This document shows, piece after piece, positions 43,449 through 53,542 of a DNA stretch of 64,000 nucleotides (positions are counted from its first letter, which is position 1; each line of letters opens with the position of its first letter). The notes under the pieces are model-generated. The model saw only the letters and a program-made list of their open reading frames with translations. It did no database searches and was not told the origin of the DNA. The position numbers and the translations under genes are program-made. Where the stretch lies: positions 1 to 64,000 of IMG/VR virus record IMGVR_UViG_3300010429_001387; one strand, written 5' to 3'. This DNA comes from a virus. Lineage: Duplodnaviria; Heunggongvirae; Uroviricota; Caudoviricetes.

Positions 43449-44048
43449 TTACGAAACCTCAATTCCTCGAATCCGAAATTGGTGCCTTAACCGTATAACA
43501 CAATCTTGTGCCGTTTTCCTAACCGAATCAATATGCAGATTATAAAGAGCAGCTAATTGTGTATAAGGTATTTCCCACATAAAATGAGCCTTCATAATAT
43601 TAATTTCGGTTTGTGTGAATATACCTTCTTCAATTAATTTCTTTATATTTTCTTCAACACATTCAAATTCTAAATTCGTGTAAATACCTTTATCGGATTC
43701 TTCAGTATCAACCCAATCCATCGAAAGTTCAGGACGAGAAGGAAAATCCTTTTTTATCTCACATTTCATGTAAGCAATGAATTTTGCGATTACAATATCT
43801 GGTATTTCATCCGGCTTAATTTTCTTTACACCTGCATACAAACCAACTATTGCCGAATTGTAAACATCCTGTATGTCAGCTTTTTTCAAATGTGGAAGTT
43901 TACCAATACAACCCCACGCAACATATAGAGCAAGCTTGTCAACACGCAATAATATTTTGCTAAATGTGTCAACCGATGGCTCTTTTTGATATTGCAAACA
44001 CAATGATTTAAGTACTTCCTTGTTAAGTTGATCCATATTTGTGGACAT
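43449..44048 (-). CDS. Sigma-70-family-like transcription factor (candidate late sigma)
   Basis: The C-terminal 'LAALYNLHIDSVRKTAQDCVIRLRHQF' resembles a region-4 HTH. The gene sits immediately upstream of the terminase. Confidence 0.4.
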   Translation of the reverse strand: MSTNMDQLNKEVLKSLCLQYQKEPSVDTFSKILLRVDKLALYVAWGCIGKLPHLKKADIQDVYNSAIVGLYAGVKKIKPDEIPDIVIAKFIAYMKCEIKKDFPSRPELSMDWVDTEESDKGIYTNLEFECVEENIKKLIEEGIFTQTEINIMKAHFMWEIPYTQLAALYNLHIDSVRKTAQDCVIRLRHQFRIRGIEVS

Positions 44049-44065
44049 AAAATTAATCTTTCATT

Positions 44066-46021
44066 TCATCCATGGTGTAAACCTCGTATCTTTTTCAATA
44101 GTTCATTATACTGAATTGCCTCTTGATTCTTTGGTGGAATTGGGTCTTCTCGCTTGATTTGTATGCCTGCATCTACCCACCAGAGTTTTTCCGCTTCCCT
44201 TACTTCTGGCTTCATTTTTCCAAACAATTGATTCATCATCTCAATATCTGGTGGGGTAATACATTCTTTGATTGCTTGTGTTATAGAACCACCAACCGCA
44301 TCACTAATATCTTTTGACCCCATAAGAACTATTTCGCGGAGATTGCCTGTTTCCAACATTTCAACTTCCACAACTTCAGCAGGATGATCAACCATATTCT
44401 TTTCAGGGTCATCTTCAAGATTCTTTAATTCAAAATGCAGATATGGGTGCCACGGTGTGGACCATCGGCCTTCACAAACTAATGTAGCAAAATCCCTATA
44501 GTCTTGGGGATTTTTATCCATAGATAGATAGTCACAGGCTATGCCAGCACGTTCGAGAATTTGTTTGGTATCTTCTGTTCCGATTCTTAAATCGAAAGTA
44601 CATCGATGGATATTAAACTTACAAACTTCTTTAAGATCTAAAATGAACTTACGAATTTTGTGGATCGGAATCTTGTCACCAGGGTGTGCCTTGATACGCA
44701 TTGCAAAGTCCGTGTGGGTCACAGGGACACGTTCTGTCCTGAATGTACCATCTGCATTTTCAATATTCTTTTTCGTCCACCCTGTAATGCAGGACATGGC
44801 TAATCCACTAGCATCCCCATCACCGGAATATGCGTAGTCCTGATGGATAAAGCGAGGAACATTCTTAGGAACTTTAATAGATGTTATGTCAAGAAAATTC
44901 ATTAAGTCAATGTTATCATTAAGTCCAACCTCAACTGTCATTAATTTAACAGGATTTGGGTCTTTCGTATAACATTTCATTAGCATGGTTTCAGAAGGAA
45001 ACAATTTGGAAACACGAACATGGGAAACAGATATGCCAGCGATGTCCCGAAGTGAGCAGACCAAATCTTTCTGAAATGGTTCTAAATATTCAATGGGGAC
45101 ATCAATAATTTGAAACCCTTTAGCCTGGAATTCTTTTGCTTCCTCATCTGTATCACAAATCTTTGGAGGATTGTAAATATCCCCAACAGAGACTTTAAAC
45201 TTCTTTCCACAATAATTCGAAGCTGGTTTTGCTTCCCAAATTGGAATATCAATGATAACAATATTTGGAGAATTTTTATACTTAGCAATAAATGTGTTTA
45301 AAAAGCTTAATCTTTCTTGCTTTGATGCAACAAGAAAAAATCTTCCAATTGTCTCACCTTTAACAATAAATCGAGAATCAAGACGTCTACGTGCATTTTC
45401 ATAGGCTTCAATAACTTTAGCTCGTTGAATATCGGATGCAACAGGAGAATCTACCTCGTCCATCAAAGCCAAAATGATATTTTCACCCTGAGTCCCAAAA
45501 CCTTGAACAAACGGTGATGCAAATGTATACTTAAACAAATTAAATTCTAACTTCGGTTGAAGCTCTGAGCCTTTCACAATCCCATGTTCACGGAACCAAG
45601 ACGAACTTAATAGCATGGTTTGAAAGAGTTTGTATCCGGTGCTTTCGGATTGAGATTTTGTTAAATTAAAAAACACAATCGACATCTGCGAACCAGACCC
45701 AAGTTTAAAGTATTCCCAAGGGTTTTTCAAACATAGAATTCGACACATTGTATACAACATACCTATAATTGCTGTATACGTTTTTCCTCCCCCAATACAA
45801 CCCGTAAAGACATATAAAAATTTAGAATCTTCTTGAGCCACCTTCTCCAACACTTGTTGCCAAATTGGATACACTACACTCCCATTATTGGTAATAGTGC
45901 CTAAATACTTAGGATCAGCAAGGAATTGCTTAATTGTGGGCGGTCGTTCTTTGTAATTAAGTGAGTATATGTACTCTATATAATTTTCAATTTTGTGATC
46001 CATTTGAACTTCCTTTTTCAA
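44066..46021 (-). CDS. Terminase large subunit (candidate)
   Basis: Walker A 'FTGCIGGGKTYTA' and Walker B-like 'IILALMDEVD'. The C-terminal half has clustered acidic residues ('IHQDYAYSGDGDASG'). 651 aa. Confidence 0.5.
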   Translation of the reverse strand: MKKEVQMDHKIENYIEYIYSLNYKERPPTIKQFLADPKYLGTITNNGSVVYPIWQQVLEKVAQEDSKFLYVFTGCIGGGKTYTAIIGMLYTMCRILCLKNPWEYFKLGSGSQMSIVFFNLTKSQSESTGYKLFQTMLLSSSWFREHGIVKGSELQPKLEFNLFKYTFASPFVQGFGTQGENIILALMDEVDSPVASDIQRAKVIEAYENARRRLDSRFIVKGETIGRFFLVASKQERLSFLNTFIAKYKNSPNIVIIDIPIWEAKPASNYCGKKFKVSVGDIYNPPKICDTDEEAKEFQAKGFQIIDVPIEYLEPFQKDLVCSLRDIAGISVSHVRVSKLFPSETMLMKCYTKDPNPVKLMTVEVGLNDNIDLMNFLDITSIKVPKNVPRFIHQDYAYSGDGDASGLAMSCITGWTKKNIENADGTFRTERVPVTHTDFAMRIKAHPGDKIPIHKIRKFILDLKEVCKFNIHRCTFDLRIGTEDTKQILERAGIACDYLSMDKNPQDYRDFATLVCEGRWSTPWHPYLHFELKNLEDDPEKNMVDHPAEVVEVEMLETGNLREIVLMGSKDISDAVGGSITQAIKECITPPDIEMMNQLFGKMKPEVREAEKLWWVDAGIQIKREDPIPPKNQEAIQYNELLKKIRGLHHG

Positions 46022-46724
46022 ACTGTGCTTCCTGCTCTGGAGAATTCATTTTCTCCAATCGATGAAGAACTGCTTCTCTCTCCATTGGGGACATATTTTC
46101 CAAATCTTTTCCAACGGAAGCATCAATATTCACTGGCTCAGCCACTTTATCTTTACGCTGATCTACATAGATAAACTGTTGATTCTTTTCAACGATTTTT
46201 GGTGCTCCAGTTGTAAATCCCATTTCTTTCGCCATCTTGATAAGATGTGTTGACTCTTCCCGCATTTGCTTCAGAATTTTCATCTTCAATTCTTCAAGAT
46301 CCAGAAATGAAAGTGTCTTGACATTACAGGTTTCATTGCACGCTAAGCATCGATAGTAGCTGTTACCACCCATTTCAATATGTTCTACCGGAGCACTACA
46401 ACAAATCGAAGCTTCAGCAATTTCTCGACCATCCCATGTTTGATACATAGCTTCTAATTTAGCTTTACGCTCTAATGATCCTTGCAGTATCTCTTGAGCT
46501 AAATTACAGGCAACCCAATAATTAATGTCCTTGGATTGACTCTTTTTGAATTTGTCATAGATTCGCTTGACTTCTTCAATTGATACTTCTCGATTGACAA
46601 ACTTCGATGCTTCTTCGGCAACTCGCATTAAATTCTTCGGAAACCGAAGAAGTAAGTATCGAACATGTTCCTCATACGTAGTTTTCTGGATGGAATTCAT
46701 GTCAATCTTTCTTAACAATAGCAT
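45987..46724 (-). CDS. Terminase small subunit (positional candidate)
   Basis: 245-aa ORF whose 3' end overlaps the large-subunit start. No diagnostic motif. Confidence 0.3.
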   Translation of the reverse strand: MLLLRKIDMNSIQKTTYEEHVRYLLLRFPKNLMRVAEEASKFVNREVSIEEVKRIYDKFKKSQSKDINYWVACNLAQEILQGSLERKAKLEAMYQTWDGREIAEASICCSAPVEHIEMGGNSYYRCLACNETCNVKTLSFLDLEELKMKILKQMREESTHLIKMAKEMGFTTGAPKIVEKNQQFIYVDQRKDKVAEPVNIDASVGKDLENMSPMEREAVLHRLEKMNSPEQEAQFEKGSSNGSQN

Positions 46725-47076
46725 GCAAATCTAAGACACCACAAAGCACAACCGCATGCTTCTTACCTCGTTTATCCGGAACTAATGATCTCCAGGGAAC
46801 CCAATGATCGTAAAACACCAGAGAACCCGGAACTAAGGATGGATCTGTTGGAAACCACCGACCTTCTTTATCGTGGTATCCTGGCCCAATTGCCAACAAT
46901 ATTCCCCAACCTTCGGATACAAATTCTTCGCGAAGATGTTCAGGAATTAAAATGTTACCTCCCTCAACAAATGTTGTTGGCAGAGGTTTAGGATAGATAA
47001 AAACTCGATCGGCTGTTGGTTTCCAAGGAAATTGGAGTTTTCCTCGTTTGTTGTGGAATGGTGTTTGCAAATCCAT
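46702..47076 (-). CDS. GroES/gp31-like co-chaperonin (candidate)
   Basis: 'RVFIYPKP...GGNILIPEH...GWGILLAIGPG...GSLVFYD' follows GroES beta-barrel spacing with an insertion. Confidence 0.35.
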   Translation of the reverse strand: MDLQTPFHNKRGKLQFPWKPTADRVFIYPKPLPTTFVEGGNILIPEHLREEFVSEGWGILLAIGPGYHDKEGRWFPTDPSLVPGSLVFYDHWVPWRSLVPDKRGKKHAVVLCGVLDLHAIVKKD

Positions 47077-47094
47077 CCTTGGCTCCTCTAATCG

Positions 47095-47418
47095 TTAAAG
47101 TTGCAACCTATTAAGAATGTCAATAGCTCCATTATCAATAGCTTCAAGCTGGTTTCGTATAGCCGAAAGTTGTTGCAATAAAGAACTGCCATGCGACGAT
47201 TGATCATCTTTCACATTTGGTGCTTGAGAAGTTGGAACATTAGGCTCTTTTACAATTTCTAATCTTGCTGACAATTGCAAAAGGTGATCTTGCAAAATGT
47301 GTAACCTTGAAGTTATTTGATTTAATCCATTTTCTATGGGGGAAAGATCCTGTTCACGTTTACAATCACCCACGCATGTTGACCCAAATGTGGTATTTAC
47401 AGTTACTCTTGGCTCCAT
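47095..47418 (-). CDS. Hypothetical coiled-coil protein (107 aa)
   Basis: ORF on the coding strand. Confidence 0.35.
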   Translation of the reverse strand: MEPRVTVNTTFGSTCVGDCKREQDLSPIENGLNQITSRLHILQDHLLQLSARLEIVKEPNVPTSQAPNVKDDQSSHGSSLLQQLSAIRNQLEAIDNGAIDILNRLQL

Positions 47419-47432
47419 TGTTCTATCTCCAA

Positions 47433-48068
47433 TTAAAGTGTTGCCTTAATCTTTGCGACGGTTTCTTTGGTATCAGCTGATTGAGCCGCAGCCAACTTTG
47501 CCTTCAATGCTTCTGCTTCACCATTTCCTGTCTTGATGAATGCTTGAACACCCTTTACTAGTTCAATAATCTGACGATCCTTTGCAGTCACTTCACCCTT
47601 AACTTCCGATACCACTTGTTCCATTTCCTGTTGAGTAATGTCACCAGGACGCTTCCGCATCAATCCAATCATACCTGTAAGACCACCAAATCCAGCTAAT
47701 CCAAGACCCATCGACAGCAAGCCAGTTTCGCTAAACAACATCTCTTCCTTCTGCTTAGCAATTTCAAGATTCTTGGCTGCAATATCATGAAGCAGATTAT
47801 AGTCAAGATTATTCTTTTCTTGAAGCTGTTGCAATGCTAATGTATTGACCTCATAAGCAGCTACAATTGCCCTCGCAAGCTTCTCAGCCTTATGTAAATT
47901 AGCATAGCCTTTAAATTCATTTGCGTCAACAACTCCAGCCTTGTCAACGTAGTTGATGGCTTGCTTATTAAGCTCAGCTGGAGTTATATATTCGGACAAT
48001 GCCACACACCCAATTCCACTAATTGCCATAATTCCCAACAATACATATGCTACGATCTTCATTCTCAT
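47433..48068 (-). CDS. Membrane/lipoprotein-like coiled-coil protein (211 aa)
   Basis: N-terminal signal 'IVAYVLLGIMAISGIGC', a second TM 'LLSMGLGLAGFGGLTGMIGLM', and a coiled-coil region. Confidence 0.4.
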   Translation of the reverse strand: MRMKIVAYVLLGIMAISGIGCVALSEYITPAELNKQAINYVDKAGVVDANEFKGYANLHKAEKLARAIVAAYEVNTLALQQLQEKNNLDYNLLHDIAAKNLEIAKQKEEMLFSETGLLSMGLGLAGFGGLTGMIGLMRKRPGDITQQEMEQVVSEVKGEVTAKDRQIIELVKGVQAFIKTGNGEAEALKAKLAAAQSADTKETVAKIKATL

Positions 48069-48080
48069 TTCTCCTTAAAT

Positions 48081-48344
48081 TTAAACCAATTCTTCTTTTG
48101 TGAGAGCATACACAGTACCATCCGATGCCCAAGAAGCCCAACATTTATAATAAATTTTTTGCAACCAAACCCATCTTCCTGAATTCAATTGTACGGGTCT
48201 CCAGGCAAACCATTTCTGTGCATACATAAATGGGTTTTTAAGATCTCGTTCTTGATGTGTTTTTCCCCAAATCATTATTAATATCTCCAATAATCTGTAT
48301 GAAACAATATGAGAACGATCATCAAGGGTCCTAAACATGAACAC
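48081..48344 (-). CDS. Hypothetical protein (87 aa)
   Basis: Trp-rich ORF. Confidence 0.35.
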   Translation of the reverse strand: MFMFRTLDDRSHIVSYRLLEILIMIWGKTHQERDLKNPFMYAQKWFAWRPVQLNSGRWVWLQKIYYKCWASWASDGTVYALTKEELV

Positions 48345-48444
48345 ATAAGACTATACCACAAATTGATTTCATTAAATGATTTCTTCCAATCTAAATACCC
48401 GAGAAATCCTCCAACAATCACCCAAAGAAAAACCATCAAATAAA

Positions 48445-49068
48445 TCATTTTATTCTCTCCACAAAACTAATTCCATCTTCTTGTTCAACTTTGTAGCACA
48501 CATCCGCAGCATCAATAAGATTTTGCTCATGTGTAACCATAATTGTTTGCACTTCCAACAAGGAAGTTAATTCTCGAATCATGTGCTGCAAAAGAGGCAG
48601 TCTTGCCTTATCAACATACTTCAAAGGCTCATCAAAGAACATGATTGATGATGTTCTGTCTATTTGAATCGCCCAACAAGTGAAGCGTAAAGCAAAGGAT
48701 ACAACATCAACCACACCACCACCTAATTCTTCTTTTAGCGAAAACTTTTGATTTCCTTTAATCACATAAAAATTGGTTTCCGGTTGATTTCGGACTATTT
48801 GATTTTCAATAGTAAATCCATATTCCGAACCAAATACAAATTGCAAAGCATCTGTTACTAATAATTCAATTACTTCTCTTACTTCGGTTTGAGCTAACAC
48901 ACCCACAAGATTAAATACTTCTTGAACCTGTTTAAGTTCGTTTAATTTAGTGTTTAGGTCTTGTACATCACAAGCTAACTCATTAAATTGTTGAGTTAAA
49001 ACCTCCTGCTTAGCTCTTGTCTTTTGAACATATTCACGATAAAGCTTAAACTTCTGCATTTTTCCCAT
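48445..49068 (-). CDS. Rad50/SbcC ATPase, C-terminal half (signature, Walker B, D-loop, H-loop)
   Basis: 'LGGGVVDVVSFALRF' is signature-like. 'IMFFDEPLKYVD' is Walker B. 'MVTHEQ' is the H-loop. Confidence 0.55.
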   Translation of the reverse strand: MGKMQKFKLYREYVQKTRAKQEVLTQQFNELACDVQDLNTKLNELKQVQEVFNLVGVLAQTEVREVIELLVTDALQFVFGSEYGFTIENQIVRNQPETNFYVIKGNQKFSLKEELGGGVVDVVSFALRFTCWAIQIDRTSSIMFFDEPLKYVDKARLPLLQHMIRELTSLLEVQTIMVTHEQNLIDAADVCYKVEQEDGISFVERIK

Positions 49069-49282
49069 TACCTAAATAGATTTCAATCTTAGTACCTAAT
49101 GGAAGTTTTTCACAGGGAAGTACCAAAGGTTGCATTGGCGAAAGATTTGTCTTGTCTTCACCATTTGGTCCAGAGGTAACCCAAAACTTTGTACCAGTTA
49201 AACGATGTCGCATTAACACCGCTGATCCATCCGGTTTATTCTTTCTTCGAAATGGATTCCACATTATCAACTCCCTTTGCAT
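49046..49282 (-). CDS. Hypothetical protein (78 aa)
   Basis: Short ORF between the coiled-coil piece and the Rad50 C-terminal half. Confidence 0.35.
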   Translation of the reverse strand: MQRELIMWNPFRRKNKPDGSAVLMRHRLTGTKFWVTSGPNGEDKTNLSPMQPLVLPCEKLPLGTKIEIYLGNGKNAEV

Positions 49283-49514
49283 TGTTAATAATCTTATCTA
49301 ATTCAGCATCAATCTCTTGAAGACGTTTTTCATTTTCGGAAACTGTTTCCAACAATCGAGCTAATTCTTTTTCTGCTTCCTCAATAGAATTCAACCCTAA
49401 AGCTGATAATTGCTTCATAACTTCTTCCATACGTCCTTGTCGTTTTGCTTCTTGCCGAATCAAATCTTCAAGGATCTTCTGCTTTTGGTTTAGTTGATCA
49501 ATTATTTGACTCAT
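49236..49514 (-). CDS. Coiled-coil protein (92 aa), possibly the returning Rad50 coiled-coil arm
   Basis: Heptad-rich 'LNQKQKILEDLIRQEAKRQ...LARLLETVSENEKRLQEIDAELDKI'. Confidence 0.4.
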   Translation of the reverse strand: MSQIIDQLNQKQKILEDLIRQEAKRQGRMEEVMKQLSALGLNSIEEAEKELARLLETVSENEKRLQEIDAELDKIINNAKGVDNVESISKKE

Positions 49515-50440
49515 TGTGTGTCACACTCCAAAAGGATATCATTAATTATTTCTTGCACAGTTGTTGAAACATTCTTTTCTTGGAGCACATCGGAAAGCAT
49601 AGATTTCCACCCAACTTTAGCAGCTTCCGAATCCTTTAATCTATTAATAAACTGCTCTAGGGATTGTTTGTTCGGAGAACTATCTTCTATTTTCGTTAAA
49701 TCAAATACTTCTTCAACTGGCTTACAATCCAAAGGAAAATCTTGTATCGTTAAATCAGGAATCGAAACCACACATACTTTCGGTTGCAACCCTTCTCGAA
49801 CATCATTAAGATTTTTGCGAACTATACATCCAGGATTTAAAATTTTACGACCTTGATATTCATCATAGAACGAATAGTGATAATCTCCACAAAGAATAAG
49901 ACTGTAATCGGGATTTGCTCTTAAGAATGCTCGAGGATTCTCCAACTCTTGTCCCGGAAACAAGGGACGATTTCCTATCATACGATGTGTGACTAAAATG
50001 TTAACTGCTTTTGGATTTTCTACTAAAGGAACATCTTCTCCAAAGGAAGCTCCATAGAAATAAACCGGAGCAGATTGATCTTTTTTCGTATTTACAACGA
50101 ATTCTCCCAGGATTTGCAACGCATTAGCCGATTCCAAAACAGCTAACGGACTATTAGAAAGTGTTCCTAAATTATGTCCTGATAAATCGTGTTGGCCACT
50201 AACACATAACAATCTTTGAGGATAGGATAGCAATAATCGAGTTACTTCCGCAATTACTCGATTTGCGACTGTTGGTGTATCAAAAAAATCACCAACTTGT
50301 ATAACATATAAGCAGTCCTCTTGGGTAAATATATCGAATGCCTGTTTAAGTTTTCCTAAGATTGTTTCAAAATAACTGTCCTTCCTTCTGGCAGGACTTC
50401 GGTTTGTTATATGCAAATCACCCAACACACCTATTTTCAC
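49511..50440 (-). CDS. Mre11/SbcD-family nuclease (calcineurin-like phosphoesterase)
   Basis: 'MKIGVLGDLHI' (motif I), 'VIQVGDFFD' (motif II), 'GQHDL' and 'ILCGDYH'. Confidence 0.6.
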   Translation of the reverse strand: MKIGVLGDLHITNRSPARRKDSYFETILGKLKQAFDIFTQEDCLYVIQVGDFFDTPTVANRVIAEVTRLLLSYPQRLLCVSGQHDLSGHNLGTLSNSPLAVLESANALQILGEFVVNTKKDQSAPVYFYGASFGEDVPLVENPKAVNILVTHRMIGNRPLFPGQELENPRAFLRANPDYSLILCGDYHYSFYDEYQGRKILNPGCIVRKNLNDVREGLQPKVCVVSIPDLTIQDFPLDCKPVEEVFDLTKIEDSSPNKQSLEQFINRLKDSEAAKVGWKSMLSDVLQEKNVSTTVQEIINDILLECDTQ

Positions 50441-51690
50441 AGTTTATTTCCTAACAAGATTTTCTTTGTCTGTTCAGTCAATTTGCTGCCACAAGATGGA
50501 CAAGTATCTAACTGTTGCTTTAGGTGTTGAACTTCTTCTTCAACTTGAATCACTTTTTGAACTCCAGAAGCAATGTCTAAATCAAGATCTTTATACACAT
50601 AAATCAAATCAGATATTTGAACAGCATTTGTAGCTGTTTCATTAAATACCTTTATCTGCTGTGCTTTTTCTTCTAAGCAAACAGTGACTTTTGCAACATC
50701 AACATATTTTGATCTTTGAGCAGCTTTATACGATGCAACCATTGCAGAAAGGTTGTTGATTTGAGCAGCCCAATGTTGTATAGTTGCCGTTGTTTGTATG
50801 ATATCATCAAAATAATTAAACAAAATCGTTTCTTCTGGAAGTTGGACTTGAGCTTCCTTTAAGTTCTTCACATTTTCTAAACAAGAATCAATTGCAACTT
50901 TTTGTTGTGTGGCTTCATTTACTTTCTTTTCCACCAATGTGGCTTCGGCTATTAATTCCACGATTCGATCCATCGGAAGGGAAATCTTCTTTGATTCCAA
51001 TTCCTTAATTTGAGCCACTAACTCACTAAGATCCACAATTGATTGACTATCGTCAGCAATAAAATCTTGAAGATGTGTTGCTGTGTCTAACAATTCTTCA
51101 AGCTTAGATAACGGAATTTGCTGGATGGTATCCAACTCTTCTTTCAGTACATCTAATGATTCCTGCTTCTCGACGATTCGTGAATTAACAGTACGAATCC
51201 GTTTAGCTGTTATCTCAACAGCCTTATCTAATTTCTGCAAACCAGTAATATTTCTTAGGTACTCTGAAATACTACCAGGAGAATCAAAAACTAAAAACGA
51301 TGGACTAAATTGCCCCTGCAAGTTAATATCAGACAAATTCAAAGCATTTGTAACTTCTGGCGGTGGAGATTGTCCAAAAGCTGTGAATTCTCCTTGAAAA
51401 TTTGGAGCATTTAATTCATAGTAATTCTTAGATTTACCACGAGAACGAATAACTTGTACTTTACCTTTAGTCCCATCAAAGATCAAATCAACTAACGCAT
51501 CCGATTGTCCTTTACGAATGAAACTTTCACCTAAAGGACGATTGTTTAAAACCCAATTAATTGCTCGGATGCAGGCTGACTTCCCAGCATTGGATTCCCC
51601 AACAATCACATTTACTCCAGGAGAAAACTCCATAAAGGTATCTTGATGTGATTGAAAATCTTTAATTCGAATCGATTTTAACATTACCAA
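50437..51690 (-). CDS. Rad50/SbcC ATPase, N-terminal half plus coiled-coil plus zinc hook
   Basis: Walker A 'VIVGESNAGKSA', a long coiled coil, and a C-terminal 'CPSCGSKL' CxxC hook. Confidence 0.6.
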   Translation of the reverse strand: MVMLKSIRIKDFQSHQDTFMEFSPGVNVIVGESNAGKSACIRAINWVLNNRPLGESFIRKGQSDALVDLIFDGTKGKVQVIRSRGKSKNYYELNAPNFQGEFTAFGQSPPPEVTNALNLSDINLQGQFSPSFLVFDSPGSISEYLRNITGLQKLDKAVEITAKRIRTVNSRIVEKQESLDVLKEELDTIQQIPLSKLEELLDTATHLQDFIADDSQSIVDLSELVAQIKELESKKISLPMDRIVELIAEATLVEKKVNEATQQKVAIDSCLENVKNLKEAQVQLPEETILFNYFDDIIQTTATIQHWAAQINNLSAMVASYKAAQRSKYVDVAKVTVCLEEKAQQIKVFNETATNAVQISDLIYVYKDLDLDIASGVQKVIQVEEEVQHLKQQLDTCPSCGSKLTEQTKKILLGNKL

Positions 51691-52385
51691 ATCTTCTCAA
51701 TAAATGGACGATCTAATAAATTCACAGGATATGTTTTTGTGACTCGATTAAATACTCTGATTTGATGCTCGGGAAGATCTTTAAGTTGAAGTTTTCCTAA
51801 ACGTAATAACATTTCTGTTCGTAGCAAAGATGCCAGGAAATATGCATCAGCAACATCTGTACCGGGACCAGCTAATTCTGTTTTCTTACCCTTTTTTGAT
51901 GACTTTACATATACATCTAATCCAGTTTCTTTCTTAAATTGATTATATATCGTTTCTTTTGAGGCATGTCCATTTCCTACAGCAAACAATTTTACACTAT
52001 CTGGATCGTGAACCCGGATAGCTGCTCCTCCCAATAAAAGTTGGGTTTTCAAATAACCTGTTAATTCTGCAATCTCATATTGGCGTGGTGAATCAGAAGC
52101 ATATCCATATCCTTCAATTGATACCATCAATATCGTATTTGCACAGTTATAAATATCATAGAGTCTTCTAAGCAAACCTACAATATAAATCATGCGATCA
52201 AAATGCTCTGAAGAATCACATCTCGCAGAAGGAATTTGATGATGCACTGAATGATGTTTGTCAACTTCAACATCCTTTTTAACATCTGTCATATAATAAT
52301 AGTCTAAAACTTTGCCTTCTTCATCAAGAAGGCATGATCCAAAATGATTTAATGACAAATCAATTCCCAAAAATTTCATTACCAC
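51684..52385 (-). CDS. RuvC-like Holliday-junction resolvase (candidate)
   Basis: 'FLGIDLSLNHFGSC' is an RNase-H-fold N-terminal Asp motif. Later acidic residues occur in 'SIEGYGYAS' and 'DVADAYFLA'. Confidence 0.45.
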   Translation of the reverse strand: MVMKFLGIDLSLNHFGSCLLDEEGKVLDYYYMTDVKKDVEVDKHHSVHHQIPSARCDSSEHFDRMIYIVGLLRRLYDIYNCANTILMVSIEGYGYASDSPRQYEIAELTGYLKTQLLLGGAAIRVHDPDSVKLFAVGNGHASKETIYNQFKKETGLDVYVKSSKKGKKTELAGPGTDVADAYFLASLLRTEMLLRLGKLQLKDLPEHQIRVFNRVTKTYPVNLLDRPFIEKIW

Positions 52386-53542
52386 ACTCTCGGCTTTCTA
52401 TCTTCGGTTTCGTATTGTCGTTCCCAAACCTTAGCCACAACACGCTTCAATTGTTCCTCTCGTGCCTGATCTTCAATAACAGGGACCCAATCCATGATTC
52501 GCTTATTACAGGCATTTTCCTTAGGATCAACAATTATTTCCCCATCACAATCTTTAGTTGTGCATTTCTCATCAGTTATATCCAACAAAGCCCCACATTT
52601 CTTACAAACGGGAATGAAAACTTTGGTTGTTAATTTATACAAATCATCTTTAGATGTTTCTTTTTGTGTATCAGCCAAGAAGGAAAGTGAAGAAGTAATA
52701 TCATCCAAACCATAATCAAACAGAATTTTGAAGTGTCCTTTTCTAAATGGGGGACCTATCTTATTTTTCTCGACCTGATATTTTACCCAAATACCAATCT
52801 CTTTATCATTCGAATTAGTTACTTTCTTATCATGTTTCAAATATAAACGTACTGAAGAATAAAATTCTAATCCTCGACCACCCGTTGTAACTTCGCTGGC
52901 ATATGGAGAATTCACATTATCTCGCGTTTGATCAATACAAAATAATGTTACATCCTTATCAACCATGTCCTTAATATATTTTCGCAACCCCAAACCAATT
53001 TGTTTGGCTCGATATGCTCCAAATCCTTGCTTAGACATTTCTGTTTTGAGTTCAAATGCAGCTGGTAAAGCAGTGATGGTGTCCACCACAACAATTTTAG
53101 GTTTACGAGTCCGTATTTTCAAAATTCCACTCAAATAAGTATCAAAAAATTCCTCAATACTTCCAGGTTGTTCTAATGTCTTCATATCTTTGTTATAGGA
53201 ATATCCATAGAAGAAATCAGCGTGGGTGCAATCAAGCCCATACATTTTTGCAAATTGAGGATCAAATGTATACTCAATATCTGCTAAAAATGCTTGCTTA
53301 CCGGATCGTAATGCATAGCCTAAAACGGTACTCGCCAAAACTGATTTAGCTGTGCTGGCCCCACCATATACGTGAAAGATCCGGCCCACCGGAATTCCAC
53401 CAGGTAATTGGTTTGAAATTGCTAAGTCTAAAACAGTTGCTCCAGTAGAACACCAATCTTTCACTTCAGGAAAGTCATCAAATTCACAGGCTGCAGCAGT
53501 TTCTTGGATTTCTTTTCCCAATTCTTCGGTCTTTTTACTCAT
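52379..53542 (-). CDS. RecA-superfamily recombinase-like ATPase with a C-terminal zinc ribbon
   Basis: P-loop-like 'YGGASTAKS' and Walker B 'IVVVDTITAL'. The C-terminal 'CKKCG...CTTKDC' is a zinc ribbon. Confidence 0.45.
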   Translation of the reverse strand: MSKKTEELGKEIQETAAACEFDDFPEVKDWCSTGATVLDLAISNQLPGGIPVGRIFHVYGGASTAKSVLASTVLGYALRSGKQAFLADIEYTFDPQFAKMYGLDCTHADFFYGYSYNKDMKTLEQPGSIEEFFDTYLSGILKIRTRKPKIVVVDTITALPAAFELKTEMSKQGFGAYRAKQIGLGLRKYIKDMVDKDVTLFCIDQTRDNVNSPYASEVTTGGRGLEFYSSVRLYLKHDKKVTNSNDKEIGIWVKYQVEKNKIGPPFRKGHFKILFDYGLDDITSSLSFLADTQKETSKDDLYKLTTKVFIPVCKKCGALLDITDEKCTTKDCDGEIIVDPKENACNKRIMDWVPVIEDQAREEQLKRVVAKVWERQYETEDRKPRVW

